From Candidatus Desulfarcum epimagneticum (GTDB lineage: Bacteria > Desulfobacterota > Desulfobacteria > Desulfobacterales > CR-1), in NCBI GenBank assembly GCA_900659855.1, contig CAACVI010000051.1, forward strand, positions 17,781-81,780: 64,000 nucleotides of DNA, given 5' to 3'. The translations under genes and the position numbers were made by a program. The notes beneath the pieces are model-generated. The model saw only the letters and a list, made by a program, of their open reading frames with translations, ran no database searches and had not been told where the DNA came from. Positions 27,253 through 35,470 of this stretch are shown here, piece after piece (the first letter of the stretch is position 1; each line of letters begins with the position of its first letter).

Positions 27253-28161
27253 ATGGACGGAAATGACAAACAAATGAAACCATTGCCGGAAGACCTGCAA
27301 GCCGCCAGACAAAGCCTTGATGAATTTTCGGATGTCGCCCGAAGAGTTCTGGGTTACCTGCCCGATATCGTCTCTAAAAAAACAGAATCCGGAGATTATC
27401 TCATCCTGTCCTCGGAAGTCGCCGGGACATCAAAATTCGCCCGTCCGGTCAATAAAGAGTTGTTCATTTTCAGAATCGAAGATTTTGACAAGGGATACAA
27501 AGAGTTTCTGTCCATTCTTAAAAAAATCAGAGACAAAAAATCGGTCTCGCAGGAAGAATGCGGTCTCATTGATTCGGTGGTTTACACCCTTCAGCAGTCT
27601 GTTGGGATCGGAATGGATTTTTTGTGCAACCCCAACAGCGCAAGAAAGCATGTCGGAAACAGGTTTGAAGAGCTGATCCGTCTCATTGTCACCCAGTTGG
27701 GCATTGAAAACAAAAAAATGGTTTTCAAAATTCCCTATCCGTTCGAGGATGGGGAAAAATTCTATTCGTGTGAGACCGATATTATTATCTCTCCGCACAG
27801 CTCCATGAAATCAAACACGAAATCGATAGATCAAGACGAAGTGGTCGTTTCGCTTAAAACCACATCAAAAGACAGAATGGGTAAAATATTTCTCGACAAA
27901 CTTTTAATGGAGAAGTTTGCCGGGCGCCCCGTGAAAGTAGTCGGCATTTTCCTGAATGATGTCCAGAGAAAAGAAACTGAAAAGATCAGTCACACGTTTG
28001 TGTCCGGCTTGTTCATGGTTTACACTAAATTTTTAACGGAACTGGATGGCGTCTATTTTGCGGACCCGCCTCCCATAACCCGGAAAAATCCATACAGTGA
28101 TCACATTTGGCCTTTTTCCAAATTCCTCACAGAGGATATCTGGAAATTGTTATCCCCTTAA
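27253..28161 (+). CDS. candidate type II restriction endonuclease (PD-(D/E)xK-like)
   Basis: AT-rich 302-aa ORF convergent with, and overlapping by 12 nt, the DNA methyltransferase gene. GNRFEELI...CETDIIIS...VVVSLKTTSKDR resembles E/D...(S/E)xK nuclease cores. Confidence 0.6.
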   Translation: MDGNDKQMKPLPEDLQAARQSLDEFSDVARRVLGYLPDIVSKKTESGDYLILSSEVAGTSKFARPVNKELFIFRIEDFDKGYKEFLSILKKIRDKKSVSQEECGLIDSVVYTLQQSVGIGMDFLCNPNSARKHVGNRFEELIRLIVTQLGIENKKMVFKIPYPFEDGEKFYSCETDIIISPHSSMKSNTKSIDQDEVVVSLKTTSKDRMGKIFLDKLLMEKFAGRPVKVVGIFLNDVQRKETEKISHTFVSGLFMVYTKFLTELDGVYFADPPPITRKNPYSDHIWPFSKFLTEDIWKLLSP

Positions 28162-29214
28162 TCTTCTGCGTCTTTGCGCCGTCTCCGTTTCCTCGCCGGT
28201 GTCTGCGATTCTTTGAATATGCTCGCGGTTCTGGAGTCTTTTTTTTATTATTTCGCAATATTCCAGATTGATTTCAGTTCCAAGCCATTTGCGGTTGAAG
28301 GCCTCGGCCACCGCATAAGTCGTTCCAGACCCGCCGAAAGGATCCACAATCAGACCATCCGGGTTCGAAGAGGCCAGCACACACTTTCGAACCAATTCAA
28401 TGGGTTTTTGGGTGGGATGTTTTTCCCTCTCCCAGGAGTTGTTGGTTAATGTCGGTATTTCCAGCACATCCTTTGGTTTCGCTCCTTTTGGATGCGGCGT
28501 CCAGACATAGCTCCTGCCATTGCCGTATTGCGAAGTTTTGGCCTGGGGATGTCTGGGGTATTTAAGGGTGTGGGCATTATAGGGAACCCTGACCTCATCC
28601 ACATTAAAAATATTTTTTTTGCCTTTTCTAAAGTGCAGCAAACTTTCATGAGATCTCCCCCAGTCATTGGAAAGATTGGCCTTGTTTCGATAGTACCAGA
28701 CCAGCCATTTACAGCCCTTAAACAAACGGCTTGCGGCCCATTTGAGGTCCGCTAATATTTCAGAAAATCCGCAAATATAGAGACTGCCGTCGGGCGTCAG
28801 CGCCCGATGGGCCTCCTCAATCCACTCCATGCTCCAATCCACATATTGTTTTTGAGAGTCAAACGTGTCCCATTCCGCTTTTTTGATATTATACGGCGGG
28901 TCGGCGAAAACAAGTTGAACCGATGACGTTTCTATTGTTTTAAAAAAAGTCGCGGCGTCCTCGTTAAATAATTTTCCAAGTCCTGTCTCAAAAACCGGTT
29001 TGGCCTGAATTCGCAAAGAATCGGCATAGTCGGTGATATACCGCTGCCTTAATTCTTTTATCACAAGCTCAATCCGGTCTTCGTTGTAAACCCGGTAATT
29101 ATTAATGGGATGCCTTTGAGAAGGGAATTTTCCGGATTTGTCCCATCGTCTCAAAGTCGCTGAGCTTACACCGATTTTTTTGGCGGCCTGGCTTATTGTA
29201 AGATAGTTTTCCAT
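28150..29214 (-). CDS. DNA methyltransferase (beta-class N6A/N4C) with N-terminal MerR/excisionase-type HTH
   Basis: HTH LTISQAAKKIGVSSATLRRWDKSG. Motif IV FADPPYNI precedes motif I VDPFGGSGTT (beta permutation). Confidence 0.88.
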   Translation of the reverse strand: MENYLTISQAAKKIGVSSATLRRWDKSGKFPSQRHPINNYRVYNEDRIELVIKELRQRYITDYADSLRIQAKPVFETGLGKLFNEDAATFFKTIETSSVQLVFADPPYNIKKAEWDTFDSQKQYVDWSMEWIEEAHRALTPDGSLYICGFSEILADLKWAASRLFKGCKWLVWYYRNKANLSNDWGRSHESLLHFRKGKKNIFNVDEVRVPYNAHTLKYPRHPQAKTSQYGNGRSYVWTPHPKGAKPKDVLEIPTLTNNSWEREKHPTQKPIELVRKCVLASSNPDGLIVDPFGGSGTTYAVAEAFNRKWLGTEINLEYCEIIKKRLQNREHIQRIADTGEETETAQRRRRLRG

Positions 29215-29228
29215 GGCTTGTCACAAGT

Positions 29229-29380
29229 GACGGCATCGTAAAAAATCCGATCTACTGCGTTCCAGCGTTTTTTTGTTCCTTCGGCATACTATATGTATGG
29301 CCTCAGTCTCAAAAAATCACTGCGCCTTGTATATCGAATTTTTACGACGCCGTCGGACCCATTTTTTACGAGTTTATCAA
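29229..29380. repeat. IPR family copy 4
   Basis: GACGGCATCGTAAAAAATCCGATCTACTGCGTT...CGCCTTGTATATCGAATTTTTACGACGCCGTC plus add-on TTTTTTACGAGTTTATCAA. Nearly identical in its centre to copy 3. Confidence 0.85.
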
Positions 29381-29736
29381 GTGTTTTAAGATTAAAAAAC
29401 ATTGAACAACATTATGCATAAACCTTATACAAAAACACGCGCGGTCATGTCAACACGTTTGTTTAAACATTCTCTGGAAAGAAACGGCGTTAAGCTTTAA
29501 TGAATTGATTTAACTGTAAAAATAAAAGAAATTTTTTGATTCGCCGAAAGGGATCGGATATGTGTGAGGATTTTCCGTTAAACCAGATCGGAATATTTTG
29601 AAAAGCGCTGTCATCCCCAACTGGAAAGAGGCGCGGGGACAGACCGATGCGAATGAAGAGAGGCGGGATCGCGCGGAAAAACTCAAATACGCCGGGAACA
29701 GGGGCCGACCCTTCCGGGCCGGCCCCCGCTCGGATT

Positions 29737-29825
29737 TGGTGCCTGGGGTGAGAATCGAACTCACACAGCCATTTAAGACCGAGGGATTTTAAGTCCCTTG
29801 CGTCTACCAATTCCGCCACCCAGGC
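29737..29825 (-). tRNA. tRNA-Leu (anticodon UAA), CCA encoded
   Basis: The minus strand reads GCCTGGG-TG-GCGGAATTGGTAGACGC-A-AGGGA-CTTAAAA-TCCCT-(long variable arm)-GTGAG-TTCGATT-CTCAC-CCCAGGC-A-CCA. The 7-bp acceptor, anticodon loop CT-TAA-AA and class II variable arm are all present. Confidence 0.92.
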
Positions 29826-29854
29826 AAAGGGGGCGTCGCTTTTTTAAATGTTGG

Positions 29855-29883
29855 AATATATTTGATTCGCCGGGTCGTGTCAA
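29855..29883 (-). promoter_or_regulatory. sigma-70-like promoter for tRNA-Leu (TTGACA-17-TATATT)
   Basis: The reverse complement of 29855-29883 reads TTGACAcgacccggcgaatcaaaTATATT. The -10 element ends 29 nt before the tRNA 5' end. Confidence 0.55.
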
Positions 29884-29911
29884 GGGACAAAAACGCGGCC
29901 GGCGGAAATTT

Positions 29912-32395
29912 TTATTCCCGGGGGGTTTCGCTTTCGCCTTTTTCCAGAAGACTTTTCAGGCAGGTCTGGCGGACGGCGGCGTCCCGGTTTTTCACCGCCA
30001 TGGCCAGGGCCCGGCGGCTTCCCGTTAAAACAGCCAGCTTTTTGCCCCGGGTGAGCGCGGTGTAAATGAGGTTTCTGAAAAGCATTTTAAAATGCTGGGT
30101 GAAAACCGGCGTGATCACGGCGTCGAACTCGCTTCCCTGGGACTTGTGAATGGTGATGGCGTAGGCCAGATCCAGCTCGGGAAGGTTTTCCCGGCTGTAG
30201 CGCGCCTGCCTGGAGTCCGGGAAAAAAGACACCCGGCATGAGGCGTTTTGGGGATCCACCTCCCGGATGACGCCGATGTCGCCGTTGAACACCCCCAGGT
30301 CGTAGTTGTTCCGGCGGTGGATGACCCGGTCGCCCTCCCGGAGGATTTTGTCGCCGAACACGAGCTGTTTTTTCCCGGGGCCGGGGGGATTGGCCGATTC
30401 CTGGAGCAGGCGGTTTAAATTCACGGAGCCCAGGCTCCCCCGGGTCATGGGCGTCAGGACCTGTGTCTCCCGGCCGGGGCCCAAGTATTTGGGAATCCAG
30501 TCCACATAGAGTTTGACGATGGTCCGGGCGGCCGAAAGCCCGTAGCGCAGAGACGACCAGGGATGGACCTGTTTCAACACCGCGCAAAGCTCCCGGACCC
30601 CGTTTTCGGCCCGGGCCAGCTCTTGAAGGTCCACGTGCCGGAATTTATCAGGAATCGTCATTTCAGTCTCCCAGGGCGAGGCCGGGTCGTCGATTCTGAA
30701 CTCGTAAGGATCGGCACCGCCGTCCGCCGTGTCTTCCCGGCGTTGCTCCGCGATTTTTTTCACCCGGGCAATAAAGGCCAGCTGCTCCCGGGTGGCCTCG
30801 TCGGAGTCGATGAACAGGCAGTCGTCTCCCTGTTCCCAGAGCCCGGGATTTTCAAAGGGGGAGTCGATTTTGGGAATCCGGCCCTGGTTGATCTCATGGG
30901 CGTGGCGCACGATGAGGGACTGTCTCGCCTGCCTGAATATTTTTTTGAGCCGGTGGCAGGGGACGACGCCGGACGCCATGATGTCTTTGAGGACGTTTCC
31001 GGCCCCCACGGACGGAAGCTGGTCGGCGTCGCCGATGAGAAGGGCCTGGGCGTTTTTCGGAAACGCCTTTAAAAGGCAGGCGGCCAGGCTGATATCCAGC
31101 ATGGAGCATTCGTCCGCCACAATGAAATCCGCCTCCAGTGGGCGCTCCTCGTTCCGGACGAACCCGGCGCCTTTCCATTCCAGGAGCCGGTGGATGGTTT
31201 TGGCCTCTTTTCCGATGACATCCATCATGCGCTGCGCGGCCCGGCCCGTGGGGGCGGCCAGGAGGACCTTCAGCCCCATGGCCTCCAGGAGCCGGACCAG
31301 AACCCGGGTCAGGGTGGTTTTGCCGCATCCCGGGCCCCCGGTGAGAACGGATATTTTTTCACCCAGGATTTTTTTCAGCGCCCGGGTCTGCTCGTCGCTC
31401 AAGGCCACGCCCGTCATCCGGCGATGTTTCTCAAGCCAGACCTCCACCCGCGCCATGTCCGGCTGTTCCACCGGCCGCGCGCGCGCCATGCTCAGAATTT
31501 TTTCAGCCACGGTCCGCTCATCGAAATAAAGGGATCGGGCGTAGCATAAAAGCGCCCCGGCGCCGTCCTCAAGGGTTTTTTCACGGGTCATGATCTCCCG
31601 GGTCTCCCGCATCCTGTCAATCAGGCCCAGGACCCGTTCATCCGTGGATGTGTCCCCGGGCTCCAGGCGCAAAAGCCCCCGGACCTCTTCCCGGGTCTGG
31701 GAGACGGTGAGATAGCAGTGGCCCCGGTCCCGGGCCGCCGACAGAACATGCCGGATGGCGGCGGCGATTCTTTCCGGACTCTTTTCTCCGAATCCCAGGC
31801 TCAGGGCGATTTGATCCGCCGAGAAAAATCCGATCCCGTAAATGTCCCGGGCCAGGCGATAGGGGTCCCGGGACACGATTTCGACGGCGTCATCCCGGTA
31901 TTCCCGGTAAACGCGGACCGCGAAAAGGGCGCTGACGCCATGGGATTGCAGGAACATGATCACGTCCCGCACGGCCCGGTGCTCGGCCCACGCGCCGCTG
32001 ATCATCGCGAGTTTTTTTTCAGCGATGCCCGGGACCTCCGTCAGCCGCTTAATGTCCGTCTCAAAGACATCCAGGGCGCGGTCTTTGAAATGGCCGACGA
32101 TTTTTTTCGCGGTTTTGGGCCCCACCCCCTTGATGAGCCCCGATCCGAGGTATTTTTCCAGCGCCGCGGCGGTGGCCGGTTTTTTTTCAACGGCGTTTGA
32201 CGCTTTGAACTGGCGGCCGAATTTGGGGTGGGTGGTCCAGGAGCCGGAAAACTCCATGGTGGCGCCGGGGAAGGCCCGGGTCTGGTGAATGATGACGGTC
32301 TCCAGCCGATGGGGCTCGCCCAGGGGCGACACGCGCAGCGCCGACCACCCGTTTTCCGGGTTGTGGTAGGTCACCCGCTCCACGATTCCTTTCAT
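29912..32395 (-). CDS. recD2: RecD2-like SF1B ATP-dependent DNA helicase
   Basis: Walker A GGPGCGKTT, DECSMLD, a C-terminal SH3-like/2B region and N-terminal HhH. Start chosen at MKGIVERVTYHN; the ORF is open to 32449. Confidence 0.88.
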   Translation of the reverse strand: MKGIVERVTYHNPENGWSALRVSPLGEPHRLETVIIHQTRAFPGATMEFSGSWTTHPKFGRQFKASNAVEKKPATAAALEKYLGSGLIKGVGPKTAKKIVGHFKDRALDVFETDIKRLTEVPGIAEKKLAMISGAWAEHRAVRDVIMFLQSHGVSALFAVRVYREYRDDAVEIVSRDPYRLARDIYGIGFFSADQIALSLGFGEKSPERIAAAIRHVLSAARDRGHCYLTVSQTREEVRGLLRLEPGDTSTDERVLGLIDRMRETREIMTREKTLEDGAGALLCYARSLYFDERTVAEKILSMARARPVEQPDMARVEVWLEKHRRMTGVALSDEQTRALKKILGEKISVLTGGPGCGKTTLTRVLVRLLEAMGLKVLLAAPTGRAAQRMMDVIGKEAKTIHRLLEWKGAGFVRNEERPLEADFIVADECSMLDISLAACLLKAFPKNAQALLIGDADQLPSVGAGNVLKDIMASGVVPCHRLKKIFRQARQSLIVRHAHEINQGRIPKIDSPFENPGLWEQGDDCLFIDSDEATREQLAFIARVKKIAEQRREDTADGGADPYEFRIDDPASPWETEMTIPDKFRHVDLQELARAENGVRELCAVLKQVHPWSSLRYGLSAARTIVKLYVDWIPKYLGPGRETQVLTPMTRGSLGSVNLNRLLQESANPPGPGKKQLVFGDKILREGDRVIHRRNNYDLGVFNGDIGVIREVDPQNASCRVSFFPDSRQARYSRENLPELDLAYAITIHKSQGSEFDAVITPVFTQHFKMLFRNLIYTALTRGKKLAVLTGSRRALAMAVKNRDAAVRQTCLKSLLEKGESETPRE

Positions 32396-32682
32396 GGACT
32401 CGACAACGGGCGCCTCGCGCGATGGGGACGTGAATGGGATCGTGGGCATGATGACGGCTTACGTTTTTAAGGGGTTTCAATCAGACAAAAATGAACTTTT
32501 ACCACATTTCTTAGACCAAAATCAAGACGCCGCCTTAAAAAACGGGCCGGTCCGGATCGGGATAATGCTTGCCTTTTTGAATAAATTGAATTAGGAAAAT
32601 GGATGAAAAAAGGATTTGAAAATTAAATTAATAAAATGAAGGGCGGAAACTGTGCCCGGGGCTTTTTGAAAGGAGGACGAAA

Positions 32683-33555
32683 TTGAGCGTAAGCGACAAA
32701 GCGGTGGTCACCTGCGCGCTGACCGGGGTGTTGACGGACCCGGCCAAATTTAACGTGCCGGTGACGCCGGATGAGATGGCCGCGGCGGCGGCCGAGGCCC
32801 ATGACGCCGGGGCCTCGATTCTGCACTGTCATTTCAGGGACCAGCGGCCGGGGCTGGGGGCCTTTCCCACCTGGGATCTTCAGATGGTGGGCGATATCCT
32901 GGACGCCATTAAAGAAAGGGTCCCGGACATTCTCATCTGCATGAGCACCGGGGTCCTGGGCGACGATTTGTCCGGCCCTCTGGCCTGTCTGGAAAAGTTC
33001 CGTCCGGAGATGGCCGCGTGCAACGCCGGCTCTTTGAATTATCTCAAGATACGCGGCGACGGCCAGTGGGCGTGGCCCCCGGTTCTTTTCGACAACCCGG
33101 TGGAGAAAATCGAGAAATTCTTAGAGGTCATGACGCGTTGCGGCGTGGCGCCGGAATTCGAGTGCTTTGACACCGGAATCGTTCGAAGCGTGGCCCTTTT
33201 CAAGGCCAGCGGCATGTTTGAGGGAGACGCCCACCTCTCCTTTGTCATGGGGGTGGACAGCGGCATGCCTTCCAGCGCGGACCTTCTCCCCATCCTGGAA
33301 AAGGAGCTGCCCGAAAACGCCAGCTGGCAGGTGATCGCCACCGGAACCGGAAGGGAAAAAATCTGGCGCCTTCACCGCCGGTGTCTGGAAATGGGGGGAA
33401 ACGTCAGGACCGGCCTGGAGGACACCTTTTACCTGCCCGACGGAGCGCGGGCGGACTCAAACGGCGCGCTGGTGGAGGCTTTGGTGAAAATCGTCCGGGA
33501 AACCGGCCGGGAGCCCGCCTCCCCGGCCGAGGCCCGAAAGGCGCTGCATCTTTAG
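32683..33555 (+). CDS. 3-keto-5-aminohexanoate cleavage enzyme family (BKACE/DUF849)
   Basis: TTG start. VVTCALTGVLTDP...ILHCHFRD Zn-ligand pattern typical of BKACE. Confidence 0.8.
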   Translation: MSVSDKAVVTCALTGVLTDPAKFNVPVTPDEMAAAAAEAHDAGASILHCHFRDQRPGLGAFPTWDLQMVGDILDAIKERVPDILICMSTGVLGDDLSGPLACLEKFRPEMAACNAGSLNYLKIRGDGQWAWPPVLFDNPVEKIEKFLEVMTRCGVAPEFECFDTGIVRSVALFKASGMFEGDAHLSFVMGVDSGMPSSADLLPILEKELPENASWQVIATGTGREKIWRLHRRCLEMGGNVRTGLEDTFYLPDGARADSNGALVEALVKIVRETGREPASPAEARKALHL

Positions 33556-33600
33556 ATTTATATCTCATTCATCGATCAACAAGACAAGGAGGGAGTTGTC

Positions 33601-35271
33601 ATGGAGGAAAGAATCTGGCATCAATCTTACGCGCCCGGGGTTCCCAAAAACATTGAGTACGAAAAAACCACCATTCCCCAGGCCCTTTCCCGGTCCGCCG
33701 CCGATTTTCCCGACCGCCCGGCGCTCAATTACATGGGAAAAAGAATTTCCTACCGGGAGCTGGAGGACCTGGTGAATCGCTTCGCGGGGGTCCTGACCCG
33801 CCTGGGCGCGGGGCCCGGGGATAAAATCGCGGTGTGCCTGCCCAACATTCCCCAGGCCATCATCGCCAACCTGGCCATTTTGAGAATCGGGGCCACAGTG
33901 GTCCAGAACAATCCCCTTTACACCGAAAGGGAGCTGACGCACCAGCTCAACGATTCGGATTCGAAAATGGTCATCACCCTGTCGCTCCTGGTTCCCCGGA
34001 TGCTTTCCATCCAGCCGGACACCGGCATTGAGAAGATCATCGCCTGCCACATTCACTCCTTTCTTCCCTTTCCCAAAAAACAGCTGTTTCCCTTTGTGAA
34101 AAAGGATATGTTTAAAAAAGTGGAGGAGACGGCCGATGTGCTGGAGTTTGAGCGTCTCATGAAAGAAAGCGGCCCGGCCCCGGCCGGGGACCGGAGCCGG
34201 TGGGACGACCTGGCGGCTCTTCTTTACACCGGGGGCACCACCGGCGTGAGCAAGGGCGTGATGCTCACCCATTCCAACTTAAGCCGGCAGGTCCAGCAGT
34301 TTGTGGCCTGGATCACCGGAATCGAGCCCGGGGGCGAGCGGGTCATGGGGAATTTTCCCGTCTTCCATGTGGCCGGCTTCACCGTGGTCCAGAACCTGAT
34401 GATCTGGCTGGCCATGGAGGATATCATGGTCCCCCGGCCCGAGCCCAAAATCAACATCCAGCTCATCAAAAAGTTCAAACCCACCTTCATCCCGGCTGTT
34501 CCCACCATTTTCACCGGACTCCTGGGAGACCCGGATTTCAAAAAACTGGATTTTTCATCGGTGAAGGGCTTTTTTTCAGGCGCGGCCCCCCTGGCGGCCG
34601 ACACCATCAAAAAGCTTCAGGATATCACCGGCGGACTCATCTGCGAGGTTTACGGCGCCACCGAAACCAGCGCCGCGGCGGCCGGCACTCCCTGGGGAGG
34701 GGTCATCAAGCCGGGCACGGTGGGTTTGCCCTTTCCGGACACGGATGTGAAAATCGTTCAGACGGACGACCCCTCAAAGGAGATGGAAATCGGGGAGGAG
34801 GGCGAGATCGTCATCAAGGGCCCCCAGATCATGGCCGGGTATTACAAAAGGCCCGATGAGACCGAAAAGGATTTGAGGGACGGGTGGTTTTACACCGGCG
34901 ACATCGGCAAATTCGACGAGGACGGGTACCTGACCATCGTGGACCGGAAAAAGGACATGATCATCGCCGGCGGCTATAACATCTACCCGGTGGAGCTGGA
35001 CGGGGTTTTGTTCGACCATCCCGAGATCGCCGAGGCGTGCGTGGTGGGCATCCCCCATGAGTACCGGGGGGAGACGGTCAAGGCGTTCATCGTCAAAACA
35101 ACGGGAAGCGACCTCACCGAAGGCGAGGTCTCGGAGTACTGCAAAAAGAACCTGGCGGCGTATAAGGTTCCAAAAATGATTGAATTCGTTGACGAATTGC
35201 CGAAAAGCGCCGTGGGGAAAATTCTCAGACGGAAGTTGAGGGACATGGAGCTGGAAAAAAACAAAAAGTAA
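33601..35271 (+). CDS. long-chain-fatty-acid--CoA ligase / AMP-dependent synthetase
   Basis: AMP-binding motif LLYTGGTTGVSKGVMLTH, YGATE, GWFYTGD and a C-terminal K in PKSAVGKILRR. Confidence 0.9.
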   Translation: MEERIWHQSYAPGVPKNIEYEKTTIPQALSRSAADFPDRPALNYMGKRISYRELEDLVNRFAGVLTRLGAGPGDKIAVCLPNIPQAIIANLAILRIGATVVQNNPLYTERELTHQLNDSDSKMVITLSLLVPRMLSIQPDTGIEKIIACHIHSFLPFPKKQLFPFVKKDMFKKVEETADVLEFERLMKESGPAPAGDRSRWDDLAALLYTGGTTGVSKGVMLTHSNLSRQVQQFVAWITGIEPGGERVMGNFPVFHVAGFTVVQNLMIWLAMEDIMVPRPEPKINIQLIKKFKPTFIPAVPTIFTGLLGDPDFKKLDFSSVKGFFSGAAPLAADTIKKLQDITGGLICEVYGATETSAAAAGTPWGGVIKPGTVGLPFPDTDVKIVQTDDPSKEMEIGEEGEIVIKGPQIMAGYYKRPDETEKDLRDGWFYTGDIGKFDEDGYLTIVDRKKDMIIAGGYNIYPVELDGVLFDHPEIAEACVVGIPHEYRGETVKAFIVKTTGSDLTEGEVSEYCKKNLAAYKVPKMIEFVDELPKSAVGKILRRKLRDMELEKNKK

Positions 35272-35470
35272 AAAGCCGGGATTTAAGACCCACTTTTTTC
35301 CCAAAAGAACCCAAAATGCCATTGACACGGCGGACGCTTTCAGATAGTCAAACCATCTGTCAGAGTTCGGCCGGCCATGGCCGGTTTTGAAACGGAGCGG
35401 GGCCCGAAGCGGCCCCCAGGGCGACCCCATTCAAGACAAAACGAGGGTCAAGACAAAACGAGGGAAAAAA

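Noticed and set aside
29390-29736. Possible integrase remnant or att direct repeat between the R-M island and tRNA-Leu
   Set aside because: I found no ORF with integrase features and no copy of the tRNA 3' end (GGTGAGAATCGAAC...) near 26.9-27.3 kb. The ORFs at 29490-29819 and 29598-29792 overlap the tRNA and look spurious.
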